NCBI GenBank assembly: GCA_028716665.1
Contig: JAQUPP010000002.1
Span: 203,717-267,716 of the forward strand
Length of the DNA: 64,000 nt
Origin: Patescibacteria group bacterium
Lineage (GTDB): Bacteria; Patescibacteriota; Patescibacteriia; UBA2591; JAQUPP01
Direction of reading: 5' to 3'
Part shown: positions 19,174 to 28,742 of the stretch, in pieces
How the letters are laid out: every line of letters starts with the position of its first letter
How positions within the stretch are numbered: the first letter of the stretch is position 1
Translations under genes and position numbers: made by a program
Notes under the pieces: model-generated
Databases searched by the model: none
Told to the model about the DNA's origin: nothing
Seen by the model: the letters and a program-made list of their open reading frames with translations, nothing else

Positions 19174-19410
19174 AGCAGAAGGATTGACCCCCTCACAAGG
19201 AAAATTATTGTCTTTCTTAAAAATTATTACCTCCTTAAATATAAGTCTCTTAATTAAAATAAAATCAGTATATATATAAAATAATAAGAAACAATCAATT
19301 TTTATTGCCAAGCGAGTGAGGGAAAAGAAAATTTATTTTCTTTTCCGAGCGAGTGCGGGCAACACAAGGTTAATATCTTTTATAATTTTCCACATGTGAG
19401 GGGGTTGACA
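19174..19410. mobile_element. MITE-like element copy 2 (longer internal region with internal 'gcgagtgaggg/gcgagtgcggg' repeats), with an additional solo promoter module at 19432-19475
   Basis: Same terminal inverted repeats as copy 1. The right arm ends at TTGACA 19405-19410, and a second 'aaaagggggcTTGACA' module lies 35 bp downstream. Confidence 0.75.
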
Positions 19411-19583
19411 AAATGTTAATTTTTGTTTTATCCCCAAAAAGGGGGCTTGACAAATTCTCATTTTTATGATATATTATATAAATAAATAAAAGGACAGACC
19501 TATAACATAGATTTAAAGCTCTTTATAGCAATAATGTAAAATCAAGAAAATATAATTTATTTCGCATAATTAATTTATTTTAA

Positions 19584-22500
19584 ATGTTTATCATTATGAA
19601 AAATATGAAAAAGTTAAGTTTATTTCTCACAGTCTGTTTAGCAAGTTTTATTATCTTAGGCAATTCTCCATTGCCTGCTTTTGCATTAACTGAATTTAAC
19701 ACAGTGTATGTTTCTACAAACGTAGAAATAGGGGGTACTGTTTATCCTTATTTGGCAACTGTTTATGCCAGTGATGCAAGTTCTGTTAAAGTAATCGTGG
19801 AAGATCCAAGAGGAACTCAGTTTGAAAATGATTTATCTATGCATCAGGGAACAACATGGTTTGGTCCGATATCAATTTCACCTAATAATGAAGGAGGACT
19901 TTGGAAAGTGGCAAGAGTTGATATTGTAGATAATGGAGGCGCGTCTACTTCTTATTCCGAACAAACCGATCCGGGTATTTTTGCCATGTCCGGCACAACT
20001 TTTAATGTTTATAATTCACCCAAATATATTGATTCTTTTACTTTTGAAGGATTAAATCCAGCGGTTGCCGGTGTTATTAATGAAGAAACTCATAAAATTA
20101 CCGCAACTGTACCTTCTGGCACGGATTTACTTACACTTGCGCCAACCGTCGTTTTTCACGGATCATCTATTAGTCCGATAAGCGGTACTGCTCAAGATTT
20201 TACCGATTCAGTTGCTAACCCGGTAATTTATACTGTGACTGCGGAAGATAATGCAACCAAGGATTATGAAGTCACTGTTAATGTGGCGGCTAGTACTGAT
20301 AAAGCGATTACTTCTTTTACTATTCCAGGTCAGGTAGGCGATACAACTATAAATGAAGCTGATGAAAATAATTATACTATTAATTTAAATATGCCTCATG
20401 GCACGAAGGTAACTGCTCTCACCCCAACCGTTATTATTAAGGGTAATGAAGTTGAACCAAAATCGGGCATAACTCAAAATTTTGCTAATCCACGAGTTAA
20501 ATATACAGTTACATCTGCGGTTGATTCCGGTGATACTCAAGATTATTTCGTTACCGTAAATGTTCTTAATAGAATTGATGATACACTACCATATCTTAAT
20601 AATGACCAGAACAACCCTGATGGCGTGACAATTAATCCATCAATTATACATATAGGAAATTCTGTCACCGCAACTGTCAAAGCTCATGATGTGGGATCGG
20701 GTGTTGAATTTGCTAAAGTAACTATTGCCAGTCCGTCAGGAAATCAAACAGTTGAGTGCACCACTCAAGACTCAGAATTCTCTTGTGATTTATTAATTCC
20801 ATTAAATGGCGAGCTTGGAATTTGGGAAGTAAAAAAACTTGATATTAAAGATTACGCGGGAAATATTGCGCATTTTAATTATCCAGAAGGTAATCCTTCC
20901 AAACTTCCTACATTCACTGTCACCAGTTCAGCCAAAGATATTACTTCTTTCAGTTTCCCGGAAGGCGTAGGTGCTATTACCGGAACTGATATTGCCGTGA
21001 CTGTCCCATTTGGAACACTTCCTTTACTTACTCCGACAATTACGGTTTCCGAAGGAGCAACAGTCAGTCCTTGGAGTGGAATACTTCAAGATTTTACCGA
21101 CCCGGTAACTTATACTGTTACTGCGGCCGATTCTTCCACAAAAGTTTATACTGTGACTGTAACTGTCGCAGCCAATCCAACCAAATCAATTACATCTTTT
21201 AATTTTAATGAATTAAATCCGGATGTTATTGGTGTTATTAATGAAAATAACCACACTGTCGCTTTAACTGTTCCTTTTGGAACAGACGTGACAATGTTGA
21301 CACCAACCATTGCTATTACCGGATCATTTATTAATCCATTGAGCGGCATACCTCAAGATTTTACCAATCCGGTAACCTATACTGTCACTGCCACGGATAT
21401 GACAACTCAAGATTATACTGTCACTGTTGCTGTGGCTCCTAGCCCGGCGAAAGCGATTACTGCTTTCAGTTTTGTGGCTCCGGAAGCCAATGGCGTTATC
21501 AACGAAGCCAATCACACTATTGCCGTTACTGTTCCTTTTGGAACTAACGTGACAATGTTGACACCAACCATTACTATTACCGGACAATCAGTTTGGCCGA
21601 TAAGCGGCACTGCTCAAGATTTTTCAATTCCGGTTGATTATACTGTTACTGCGGCTGATATGACAATTCAAACTTATACTGTTACGGTTGTTGTCGCCGC
21701 CACCAGTTCTGAAAAAGAAATTACATCTTTCATTTTTAATGAATTAACTCCGGCAGCTGTTGGTGTTATTAACGGTGATGTTATCACAGTAATTGTTCCG
21801 TTTGGAACCAATGTGACAATGTTGACTCCAACCATTGCGCATACCGGATTATTTGTTAATCCATTCAGCGGTATAGCTCGTGATTTTACAACTCCGCAAA
21901 CTTATACTGTCACGGCCGCGGATTTTTCACAAAGAGTTTATACTGTGAATGTTACTGTGGCTCTTAATCCGGCCAAAGCAATTACTGCTTTTACAATTCC
22001 TAACCAAGTAGGTACTACAACTATCAATGAAGCTACTCATAATATTCATTTGACTATGCCGTTTGGCGCAGACGTGACAATGCTTGTGCCGACCATCGTG
22101 CATACCGGATTATTTGTTAATCCATTAAGTGATACTGCTCAAGATTTCACCAGCCCGGTAACTTATACTGTTACTGCTGCTGATTCTTCTACTCAAGCTT
22201 ACACGGTAACTGTTGCCGCAGCCACCAGTTCAGCTAAAGCAATTACTTCATTTATTATTTCTGATCAAGCAGCGGCTATTAACGAAACCGATCACACGAT
22301 CACTTTAACCATGTCTTATGGCACGGTTGTGACCGCGCTCGTTCCGACTATCACGGTTTCTGCCGGAGCAACGGTTAATCCCGCTTCTGGCGTAGCTCAA
22401 AATTTTTCCAGCCCGGTAACTTATACTGTTACTGCTGCTGATAATTCCACTCAAACCTATACTGTTACCATAACTGTTAGAGGCGGCGGTGGAGGCGGAG

Positions 22501-22961
22501 GCGGCGGTGGAAGTTCTTATACTTACAGCTCTGCCAAGGCAATCACAGCTTTCAGTTTTGATGGATTAAAACCAATCGTAGGCACTATTAATGAAACAAA
22601 TTATACAGTTCTTTTGGTTGCTCCTTATGGCACAGACGTAACTCATTTAGTGCCGACTATCACGGTTTCTGATAAAGCAAAAATTTCTCCAGTTTCAGGT
22701 GTTGCTCAAAATTTCACCAATCCTGTTGTTTACACAGTCACTGCCGAGAGCGGCGCAATGCAAACTTATACTGTGACCGTAGCCTTTACTCAAAATATTA
22801 AAACAGGTGATATTAACAAGGATGGAAAAGTTGATAAATATGACTTCTCAATATTGATGGCAAATTGGGGACAGACAGGTTTAAACATTTGCGATGTCAA
22901 TACTGACAGCAAAGTCGATAAATATGATTTCTCATTATTAATGTTAAATTGGTCTCTATAA
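19584..22961 (+). CDS. Giant secreted surface protein with about ten roughly 88-aa Ig-like repeats, a poly-Gly tract and a C-terminal type-I dockerin
   Basis: Signal peptide. Repeat unit 'AKAITSFxF..LNPAV.GVINE..HTI.VTVPFGT.VT.LTPTI...G..V.P.SG.AQDFT.PVTYTVTAAD.STQ.YTVTV'. Poly-Gly tract 'GGGGGGGGGG'. Dockerin segments 'DINKDGKVDKYDFSIL' and 'DVNTDSKVDKYDFSLL'. Confidence 0.8.
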   Translation: MFIIMKNMKKLSLFLTVCLASFIILGNSPLPAFALTEFNTVYVSTNVEIGGTVYPYLATVYASDASSVKVIVEDPRGTQFENDLSMHQGTTWFGPISISPNNEGGLWKVARVDIVDNGGASTSYSEQTDPGIFAMSGTTFNVYNSPKYIDSFTFEGLNPAVAGVINEETHKITATVPSGTDLLTLAPTVVFHGSSISPISGTAQDFTDSVANPVIYTVTAEDNATKDYEVTVNVAASTDKAITSFTIPGQVGDTTINEADENNYTINLNMPHGTKVTALTPTVIIKGNEVEPKSGITQNFANPRVKYTVTSAVDSGDTQDYFVTVNVLNRIDDTLPYLNNDQNNPDGVTINPSIIHIGNSVTATVKAHDVGSGVEFAKVTIASPSGNQTVECTTQDSEFSCDLLIPLNGELGIWEVKKLDIKDYAGNIAHFNYPEGNPSKLPTFTVTSSAKDITSFSFPEGVGAITGTDIAVTVPFGTLPLLTPTITVSEGATVSPWSGILQDFTDPVTYTVTAADSSTKVYTVTVTVAANPTKSITSFNFNELNPDVIGVINENNHTVALTVPFGTDVTMLTPTIAITGSFINPLSGIPQDFTNPVTYTVTATDMTTQDYTVTVAVAPSPAKAITAFSFVAPEANGVINEANHTIAVTVPFGTNVTMLTPTITITGQSVWPISGTAQDFSIPVDYTVTAADMTIQTYTVTVVVAATSSEKEITSFIFNELTPAAVGVINGDVITVIVPFGTNVTMLTPTIAHTGLFVNPFSGIARDFTTPQTYTVTAADFSQRVYTVNVTVALNPAKAITAFTIPNQVGTTTINEATHNIHLTMPFGADVTMLVPTIVHTGLFVNPLSDTAQDFTSPVTYTVTAADSSTQAYTVTVAAATSSAKAITSFIISDQAAAINETDHTITLTMSYGTVVTALVPTITVSAGATVNPASGVAQNFSSPVTYTVTAADNSTQTYTVTITVRGGGGGGGGGGSSYTYSSAKAITAFSFDGLKPIVGTINETNYTVLLVAPYGTDVTHLVPTITVSDKAKISPVSGVAQNFTNPVVYTVTAESGAMQTYTVTVAFTQNIKTGDINKDGKVDKYDFSILMANWGQTGLNICDVNTDSKVDKYDFSLLMLNWSL

Positions 22962-22983
22962 GAATAAATAAATAATTATAAAT

Positions 22984-24264
22984 ATGAAAAATATGAAAAA
23001 TATAAAAATGAAAATTGTATTATTGACAACTGTCCTCTTATTGTCGGTTGCCGGTTTTATCGGAACAGCAGATGCTGCCAGTACTTTCTTGTACGTCTCT
23101 CCGACAAACGTCAGCAAAACTGCCGGAAGCGTATTTAACGCAACCGTAGGACTTAATAATGCCGGTGATAAGGTTTGCACCATTGAAGGTACTTTGGTTT
23201 TTAACAATTTAACTTGTCAGGGCATAACTCTTTCAAGTGGTTTGCAAGCGTTATCTTCTCCAAGTTGTTCAAGTCCTTATTTCTTAATCGGTATACCGAG
23301 TTGTACAGTGTCGGATAGAACATTAATGACTGTATCTGTTAAAGCGGAAAATGCCAAACCGTCTTCAATCAGTTTCAAAGGTGTTGATATTATCGGTGAA
23401 GGAACTTCAGTTTCTAATACTTCCGTAGCCGGAAATTATAATGTCGCTCCTGTTGTCAAACCGACTCCTGTTGCTCCGGCTCCTGTCGTGAAAGAAACTC
23501 CTAAAACAACTCCGAAAACTACAACTCCTTCAACAAAAAAAGAAACCACGCCTGCTCCTGTTGTAAATTCAGCCAAAGCTATTACTTCGTTTGACTTTGC
23601 AGCTTATGCGGTCGTAGGTGCTATTAATGAAGATACAAAAACAATCGTGGCCACCTTGCCCTATGGCACTGATGTCACCGCGCTTGTTCCAATGATTACT
23701 ACAACCGGAAAATCAGTCAGCCCGGCTTCTGGCGCGGCTCAGGATTTCTCTGATCCGATCGCTTACACAGTCACGGCTGAAGATAAATCCACTCAAACTT
23801 ATACTGTTGCCATAACCGTTGCCGCTAATCCGGCTAAAGCAATCACTGATTTCAGCTTTAAAGGTTTAGGCGCGGGTGTTATCAATGAAACAAATCATGT
23901 CATTACCGTAACCGTTCCTTTTGGAACCAAGGTTAACGCTCTTACTCCGACCATCGTTATTAACGGAGTGGCGGTCAGCCCGGCTTCCGGAATGACGCAA
24001 GATTTCACTCATTCAGTTATTTACACTGTTACCGCTGCCGACGATACAACTCAAGCTTATACTGTTACCGCAACTGTTGCTGCTAAAAAAGTTGCGAAAT
24101 CAAGTTTGTTGGGTTCAATGGCAAATGTATTATCTCTCGGAACCGGTAAAGTGTGGTTAGGTGTAATAGTGACTTTGATCATACTCGGTGTTATTGGCTA
24201 CTTCATTCTTAAAGGAAAAAAGAAAGTTAAGAAAGAAGTAAAACAAGAACCGTTGATAAAATAA
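22984..24264 (+). CDS. Membrane-anchored cohesin-like scaffold protein: signal peptide, cohesin-like beta-sandwich, Thr/Pro linker, two Ig-like repeats shared with the 19584 protein, C-terminal TM anchor
   Basis: N-terminal domain of about 130 aa with a cohesin-like pattern. Linker 'PTPVAPAPVVKETPKTTPKTTTPSTKKETTPAPV'. Repeats 'AKAITSFDF...YTVAITV' and 'AKAITDFSF...YTVTATV'. C-terminus 'VWLGVIVTLIILGVIGYFILKGKKKVKK'. Confidence 0.65.
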   Translation: MKNMKNIKMKIVLLTTVLLLSVAGFIGTADAASTFLYVSPTNVSKTAGSVFNATVGLNNAGDKVCTIEGTLVFNNLTCQGITLSSGLQALSSPSCSSPYFLIGIPSCTVSDRTLMTVSVKAENAKPSSISFKGVDIIGEGTSVSNTSVAGNYNVAPVVKPTPVAPAPVVKETPKTTPKTTTPSTKKETTPAPVVNSAKAITSFDFAAYAVVGAINEDTKTIVATLPYGTDVTALVPMITTTGKSVSPASGAAQDFSDPIAYTVTAEDKSTQTYTVAITVAANPAKAITDFSFKGLGAGVINETNHVITVTVPFGTKVNALTPTIVINGVAVSPASGMTQDFTHSVIYTVTAADDTTQAYTVTATVAAKKVAKSSLLGSMANVLSLGTGKVWLGVIVTLIILGVIGYFILKGKKKVKKEVKQEPLIK

Positions 24265-24287
24265 TTAAGTTTTAATTGAACCTCGGA

Positions 24288-24322
24288 AAGGCGGATGAGA
24301 TTTTCATCCGCCTTTCATTTTG
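24288..24322 (+). terminator. Rho-independent terminator
   Basis: Hairpin AAAGGCGGATGAG-atttt-CATCCGCCTTT followed by a T-rich tail. Confidence 0.7.
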
Positions 24323-24400
24323 TTAAAAATATTTGACAAATTTTTAAAAATTTGCTAATCTATTAAATCAAGCATTGCAATTATATAATTTAAATTTTTT

Positions 24401-25882
24401 ATGGCTGAAGAAGTAGTTTTGCGTTTTGATAAAGTTATTTTTGAATATGTCCATAAAAAGCCCGTGTTGAACGAGGCCAGTTTTAGCGTGCGAAAAGGCG
24501 CGAAAATAACTTTAATGGGTCAGAACGGATCGGGGAAAAGCACGATTTTTAATTTAATTAAAGGAGATATCAAACCGAAGGGCGGTCAAATATCGGTTTC
24601 TTTGGGTGCTACGGTAGGTATTGCCAGTCAAACTATCAACAGAAGTGATTTGGATTTAAGCATAGAAGATTATTTTTCCAAAGCTTTTTCCATTGTGCCG
24701 GCTGATTTGCGCAGTCAGATAGCCAAAGTTATGGATGCGGTTAATATGTCCATCGGCCCCGAAGAAAGCAGCGGAGCGATCAGTTTGAAGAGGCGAGTCG
24801 GCGATCTTTCCGGTGGCCAACAAGCTCGGTTATTATTGGCTTTTGCCATGATTAAAAATCCTGATATTTTATTATTGGACGAACCGACCAACAATTTGGA
24901 CAAAGAAGGCATTGATCACTTGTTGGGATTTTTGATTATGTATCCGAAAACCGTGATTGTTATTTCTCATGACGCTGATTTTTTAAATTGTTTTACCGAG
25001 GGCGTAATTTATCTTGATATTTTTACGCATCAGACAGAAATGTATTTGGGAGATTATTATTCAGTGGTTGAGGAAATTTCAAAGCGAGTGGAAAGAGAAC
25101 AAATGAAAAACGCTCAATTAAAAAAACAAATTCTTGATCGCAAAGAAAAAGTTAATTTTTTCGCCAATAAAGGTGGAAAGATGAGAAAATTGGCCAGCAA
25201 GCTTCGCGAAGAAACAGAAGAATTGGAAGAAAATATGGTTGATGTCAGAAAAGAAGACAGGGTCATCAGAAAATTTTCAATTCCGGTGCAGGAAGATTTA
25301 ATCGGCAATATCGTGGAAATCAGATCTGTCAAAATTTTTAAAGATAATAAACTGGTTGTCAAAAAAGTTAAAAAAGATATTAATAAAAAAATTCATCTCT
25401 CGGTGGTCGGGCCGAATGGAATCGGCAAAAGCACTTTTTTGCGCTCGCTGGTTTCGGAAAAACACGAGGGTGTCAAAATCGCCGACGATATCAGAATCGG
25501 TTATTACAGCCAGGATTTCTCAAATCTTAATTTTCAGGAAACCGTACTTGATTCATTGAAAAATGTTGTGTTTGACAATTCGGATTCCCAACATTTGCGA
25601 ACAGTGGCGGCCGGATTTCTTTTAACAGGGGATATTATGGATAATCTTATTTGCGAATTATCCGAAGGGCAAAAAGGACTTTTGACTTTTGCTCGGCTTG
25701 TTTTAATGCGGCCCGGTTTATTGATTTTGGACGAGCCGACCAATCACATTAATTTTCGTCATTTGCCTTTAATCGCCGAAGCAATTAATAATTTTCACGG
25801 ACCTGTTATTTTGGTCAGCCATATGGAAAAATTTGTTGAATCATTGAAAATTAACGAAGAACTTGATCTAGGCAAATTATAA
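24401..25882 (+). CDS. ABC-F family ATPase (two tandem ABC domains, no TM domain)
   Basis: Walker A 'GQNGSGKST' and 'GPNGIGKST'. Signature motifs 'LSGGQQARL' and 'LSEGQKGLL'. Walker B 'LLLDEPTNNLD' and 'LILDEPTNHIN'. Confidence 0.85.
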   Translation: MAEEVVLRFDKVIFEYVHKKPVLNEASFSVRKGAKITLMGQNGSGKSTIFNLIKGDIKPKGGQISVSLGATVGIASQTINRSDLDLSIEDYFSKAFSIVPADLRSQIAKVMDAVNMSIGPEESSGAISLKRRVGDLSGGQQARLLLAFAMIKNPDILLLDEPTNNLDKEGIDHLLGFLIMYPKTVIVISHDADFLNCFTEGVIYLDIFTHQTEMYLGDYYSVVEEISKRVEREQMKNAQLKKQILDRKEKVNFFANKGGKMRKLASKLREETEELEENMVDVRKEDRVIRKFSIPVQEDLIGNIVEIRSVKIFKDNKLVVKKVKKDINKKIHLSVVGPNGIGKSTFLRSLVSEKHEGVKIADDIRIGYYSQDFSNLNFQETVLDSLKNVVFDNSDSQHLRTVAAGFLLTGDIMDNLICELSEGQKGLLTFARLVLMRPGLLILDEPTNHINFRHLPLIAEAINNFHGPVILVSHMEKFVESLKINEELDLGKL

Positions 25883-25890
25883 ACAATAAC

Positions 25891-26051
25891 CTTGTAAGGG
25901 GGTTGACCCCCTCACATAGTAAATTATAAAAATTACTGTCTTTCGTTTTTACATATACTGATTTTATTTTAATTAGACATCTATTTTAACTTTTGACCTA
26001 TTAAATCGTAATTTTTAAGAAAGACAATAATTTCCTTGTGAGGGGGTTGAC
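25891..26051. mobile_element. MITE-like element copy 3 (perfect palindromic left end GGGGGTTGACCCCCTCAC; right-arm promoter TTGACA at 26046)
   Basis: The internal sequence near the right end, 'attaaatcgtaatttttaagaaagacaataatttccttgtgagggggttgac', is the reverse complement of the copy-1 left arm. The TIR is therefore about 45 bp. Confidence 0.75.
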
Positions 26052-26156
26052 AAATATTATCAATAGTGTATACTTATATAGTTACAAAAGATGCGGAAAC
26101 ATAGTCGAGTTTTTCTGTATTAAAAATTATTAAAATTAAAATAAAAGTTTAAACGT

Positions 26157-26354
26157 ATGAACGGAACTATTAAAACTCTTACGGATAGAGGATTTGGATT
26201 TATTTCTCGCGAAGGCGAAACAAAAGATCTATTTTTTCATTCCAAAAACTTGGTTGGCGTTACTTTTGCCGAATTAAAGGTTGGCGATGCCGTCACCTTT
26301 GAAGTCGAGCAGGGCGATAAAGGCCCAGCTGCCATCAATGTAGCACGCGCATAG
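26157..26354 (+). CDS. cspA: Cold-shock protein (CspA family)
   Basis: 'GTIKTLTDRGFGFISREGETKDLFFH' contains the RNP1 and RNP2 motifs. 65 aa long. Confidence 0.9.
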   Translation: MNGTIKTLTDRGFGFISREGETKDLFFHSKNLVGVTFAELKVGDAVTFEVEQGDKGPAAINVARA

Positions 26355-26370
26355 TCGTCGTGAGCAAAAA

Positions 26371-26406
26371 AGACCACTTTCGTTTGAGAGCGGTCTTTTT
26401 GTTTTT
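26371..26406 (+). terminator. Rho-independent terminator of csp
   Basis: Hairpin AGACCACTTTCG-tttgaga-GCGGTCT followed by TTTTTGTTTTT. Confidence 0.75.
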
Positions 26407-26506
26407 AATTTTTTTATAAGGGTCCCGCCCTTAATATTTAAATTTTTTATTTATTTTTTTTCTTATCAACTTATTTGCTTATCAACTTATTAACTGAACA
26501 CGGGGG

Positions 26507-26535
26507 TTGACATTTTTACTAAAATATGATATAAT
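26507..26535 (+). promoter_or_regulatory. Solo 'GGGGGTTGACA' promoter module: TTGACA-17-TGaTATAAT
   Basis: Perfect consensus -35, extended -10 and -10. Preceded by the tandem direct repeat 'cttatcaacttatt' x2 (26462-26492). Confidence 0.7.
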
Positions 26536-26588
26536 TTTTAACAGTAGTTTAAAATAAAAAATTAAAAATTAAAAAAGGGGAGGGGAAA

Positions 26589-26891
26589 ATGGCAAAATGG
26601 AAATTTCCTTACTGGGGCATCATTGGTTGTTATATAGTCAGAATTGATGCAGAAAGCGATGATCTTGTTTTTCCTAAATATAAAGAAGGACAAGCAGCGC
26701 TGGAGCCAGTGAGTAAGTCGAACGAGATGTTTAAAGTATTAAAGTTTAAAACAGTAGAAGCGGCAATAAAAGCAATGGCTAAGATCAAAAATAAAACTGA
26801 AAAAGAAATTTTGAAAGAAGTACAGGATAATTTCCCTAGCATGGAAATTACTCTGAAAAAAAGAAGCTTTTTCTTTTTCTGGAAAAGGTAA
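26589..26891 (+). CDS. Hypothetical small protein (100 aa) with its own consensus promoter and a very strong SD (GGGGAGGGG)
   Basis: ORF with an RBS 8 bp upstream. No recognisable motifs. Confidence 0.5.
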   Translation: MAKWKFPYWGIIGCYIVRIDAESDDLVFPKYKEGQAALEPVSKSNEMFKVLKFKTVEAAIKAMAKIKNKTEKEILKEVQDNFPSMEITLKKRSFFFFWKR

Positions 26892-26942
26892 AATAACAAA
26901 AACTGGGGCAGATTATTCCCCAGTTTTTTCTTTATTCGGAAA

Positions 26943-28040
26943 TTATTGTTTTTTGTCAATAATAATTCCTCCGCCAAGAACCATATCTTTGTCGTAAAAA
27001 ACAATTGATTGGCCCGGAGTAACCGCGAATTGCGGTTTTTTAAATTTTAAAACAGCGCTCTTGTTTGTTTTTGATAAAAATACGGCTTCGGCGAATTCGG
27101 CGCCGTATCTTATTTTGGTTCTGACTTTATTGGTTTTTATCAGTTTTAACGGAACGATCCAATTGATTTTTTTCACAAATGCTTTATCTGAAAAAGCGAG
27201 ATTTCTCGGCCCCGCAACAATGATATTTTTTTTGACGTCTATTTTTAAAACATAATAAGGTTCTTTTAATCCGCCGATATGGAGATTTTTTCTCTGACCC
27301 AAAGTGTAATTTGATATTCCTTTGTGCTGTCCTAAAATATTTCCCTGCCAGTCAACTATTGATCCGATTTTTCCGGCCGGCAGTAAGACCGAATAATTGT
27401 CGCATTCAATGAAATTTTGGCTTTCGTCTTTTTCCGCGTAATCGGCAAACCCGTTTTTTTGAGCGAATTTTTTAATATCATCTTTTCTTTTTTCTCCAAG
27501 AGGAAAAAGAATTTTTTTCAATTGTTTTTGTTTTAATCGGTATAAAAAATAAGACTGGTCTTTGTTTTTATCAAGACCGGTCTTTAACAAATAAATATTA
27601 TTTTTTTTATCAAAGCTTGTTCTGGCATAATGTCCGGTGGCGAAATAATCAAATTTTATTCCGCTGTTAATCGCTTTGTCTATCAATAATCCGAATTTTA
27701 TTTTTGAATTGCACATCACGCACGGATTGGGAGTTTTTCCTTTTTGGTATTCTTCTTTGAAATAATCAATGACGCTTTTGTGATATTCTTTTCTGAGGTC
27801 TATTACGTAGTGGGGGATATTCATTATTCTGGCCGCTTTTTCCGCTTCGGCAATATCTTTAATTTCTCCCGGTCCGTAACACCCGCTTCGGTTGCCTTTA
27901 ATCAGGGGATTATTATCCCAAATTTTCATTGTTAACCCGACAATGTCATATCCTTCATTTTTGAGCATCAAAGCGGCGATTGTGGAATCAACTCCACCAC
28001 TCATTCCCACTGCGATTTTTGTTGTTTTTTTATTTTTCAT
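26943..28040 (-). CDS. mnmA: tRNA-specific 2-thiouridylase MnmA
   Basis: PP-loop 'KIAVGMSGGVDSTIAA', 'GHYAR', and 'CNSKIKFG'. I placed the start at the internal Met of the ORF (MKNKKTTKIAVG...) because the upstream 32 codons are not conserved. Confidence 0.85.
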   Translation of the reverse strand: MKNKKTTKIAVGMSGGVDSTIAALMLKNEGYDIVGLTMKIWDNNPLIKGNRSGCYGPGEIKDIAEAEKAARIMNIPHYVIDLRKEYHKSVIDYFKEEYQKGKTPNPCVMCNSKIKFGLLIDKAINSGIKFDYFATGHYARTSFDKKNNIYLLKTGLDKNKDQSYFLYRLKQKQLKKILFPLGEKRKDDIKKFAQKNGFADYAEKDESQNFIECDNYSVLLPAGKIGSIVDWQGNILGQHKGISNYTLGQRKNLHIGGLKEPYYVLKIDVKKNIIVAGPRNLAFSDKAFVKKINWIVPLKLIKTNKVRTKIRYGAEFAEAVFLSKTNKSAVLKFKKPQFAVTPGQSIVFYDKDMVLGGGIIIDKKQ

Positions 28041-28127
28041 TGAATTAATTTTAAATCTTTTTTTGATTATTGACAAGGTTCTAAAATATGATATATTTAA
28101 AATAAATATTTTAAAAAGGAGGAAAAA

Positions 28128-28346
28128 GTGAATCAAAATAGAATTAAAGCATTGACAAAAGTAGGAGGAATATTCGGACTCGGTATTGGAATTATGAATG
28201 GAATTGCATTTGGGTTTGGGTCCGGCGTTGGGGTTGGGATTGAATCGGGTCTTGTAAATGGAATCGTATTTGGGCTTATGATCGGATTTGTGGGTGGATT
28301 AGCAACTTTTTTATTATTAGGGTCTTTAACAAACAGGGCCCAATAA
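28128..28346 (+). CDS. Small glycine-zipper membrane peptide (72 aa, GTG start)
   Basis: 'GGIFGLGIGIMNGIAFGFGSGVGVGIESGLVNGIVFGLMIGFVGGLATFLLLG'. Its own promoter is TTGACA-17-TGaTATAT, with a 'AAGGAGG' SD. A terminator hairpin follows at 28362-28392. Confidence 0.55.
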   Translation: MNQNRIKALTKVGGIFGLGIGIMNGIAFGFGSGVGVGIESGLVNGIVFGLMIGFVGGLATFLLLGSLTNRAQ

Positions 28347-28464
28347 TGAAAAATAAATTAAAAAGGCGGTGAAATAATTTTAGCCGCCTTTTTTATTTTT
28401 AATCAGTCGTCAATCATTGACAAAATTAGAAAATATGATATTATATGAAGAAAGGAGGAAAAAA

Positions 28465-28665
28465 ATGGGAAAAAAGAAAAATTACTATTTCAAAATAAAG
28501 ACTGTTGTAAACGGTTGTGATACAATTATTTTCCATATTGATACTAGGCCTCATCTCAAAGAGAAGGGAAAGTGTTTAACAGTAACTGCTCACGACAAAA
28601 AGGAGTCCATTTCTATATTAAAAGGAGAAACAGGAAAAGTACATGGAGGAATTATTAGTTTATAA
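28465..28665 (+). CDS. Small basic hypothetical protein (66 aa)
   Basis: Start chosen at the ATG downstream of 'AGGAGGAAAAAA'. The promoter is TTGACA-17-TGaTATTAT, and a terminator hairpin follows at 28676-28700. Confidence 0.45.
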   Translation: MGKKKNYYFKIKTVVNGCDTIIFHIDTRPHLKEKGKCLTVTAHDKKESISILKGETGKVHGGIISL

Positions 28666-28742
28666 TTGTATCATAATGAGGCGCTAAAACCGCCTCATTA
28701 TTTTATCTTGAAATTTTTGCGAAAATATGCCATAATGTATTT

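Noticed and set aside
26630-27004. 124-aa minus-strand ORF overlapping the 3' end of mnmA and the 26589 ORF.
   Set aside because: It overlaps two better-supported genes. Its translation is low-complexity and it has no RBS.
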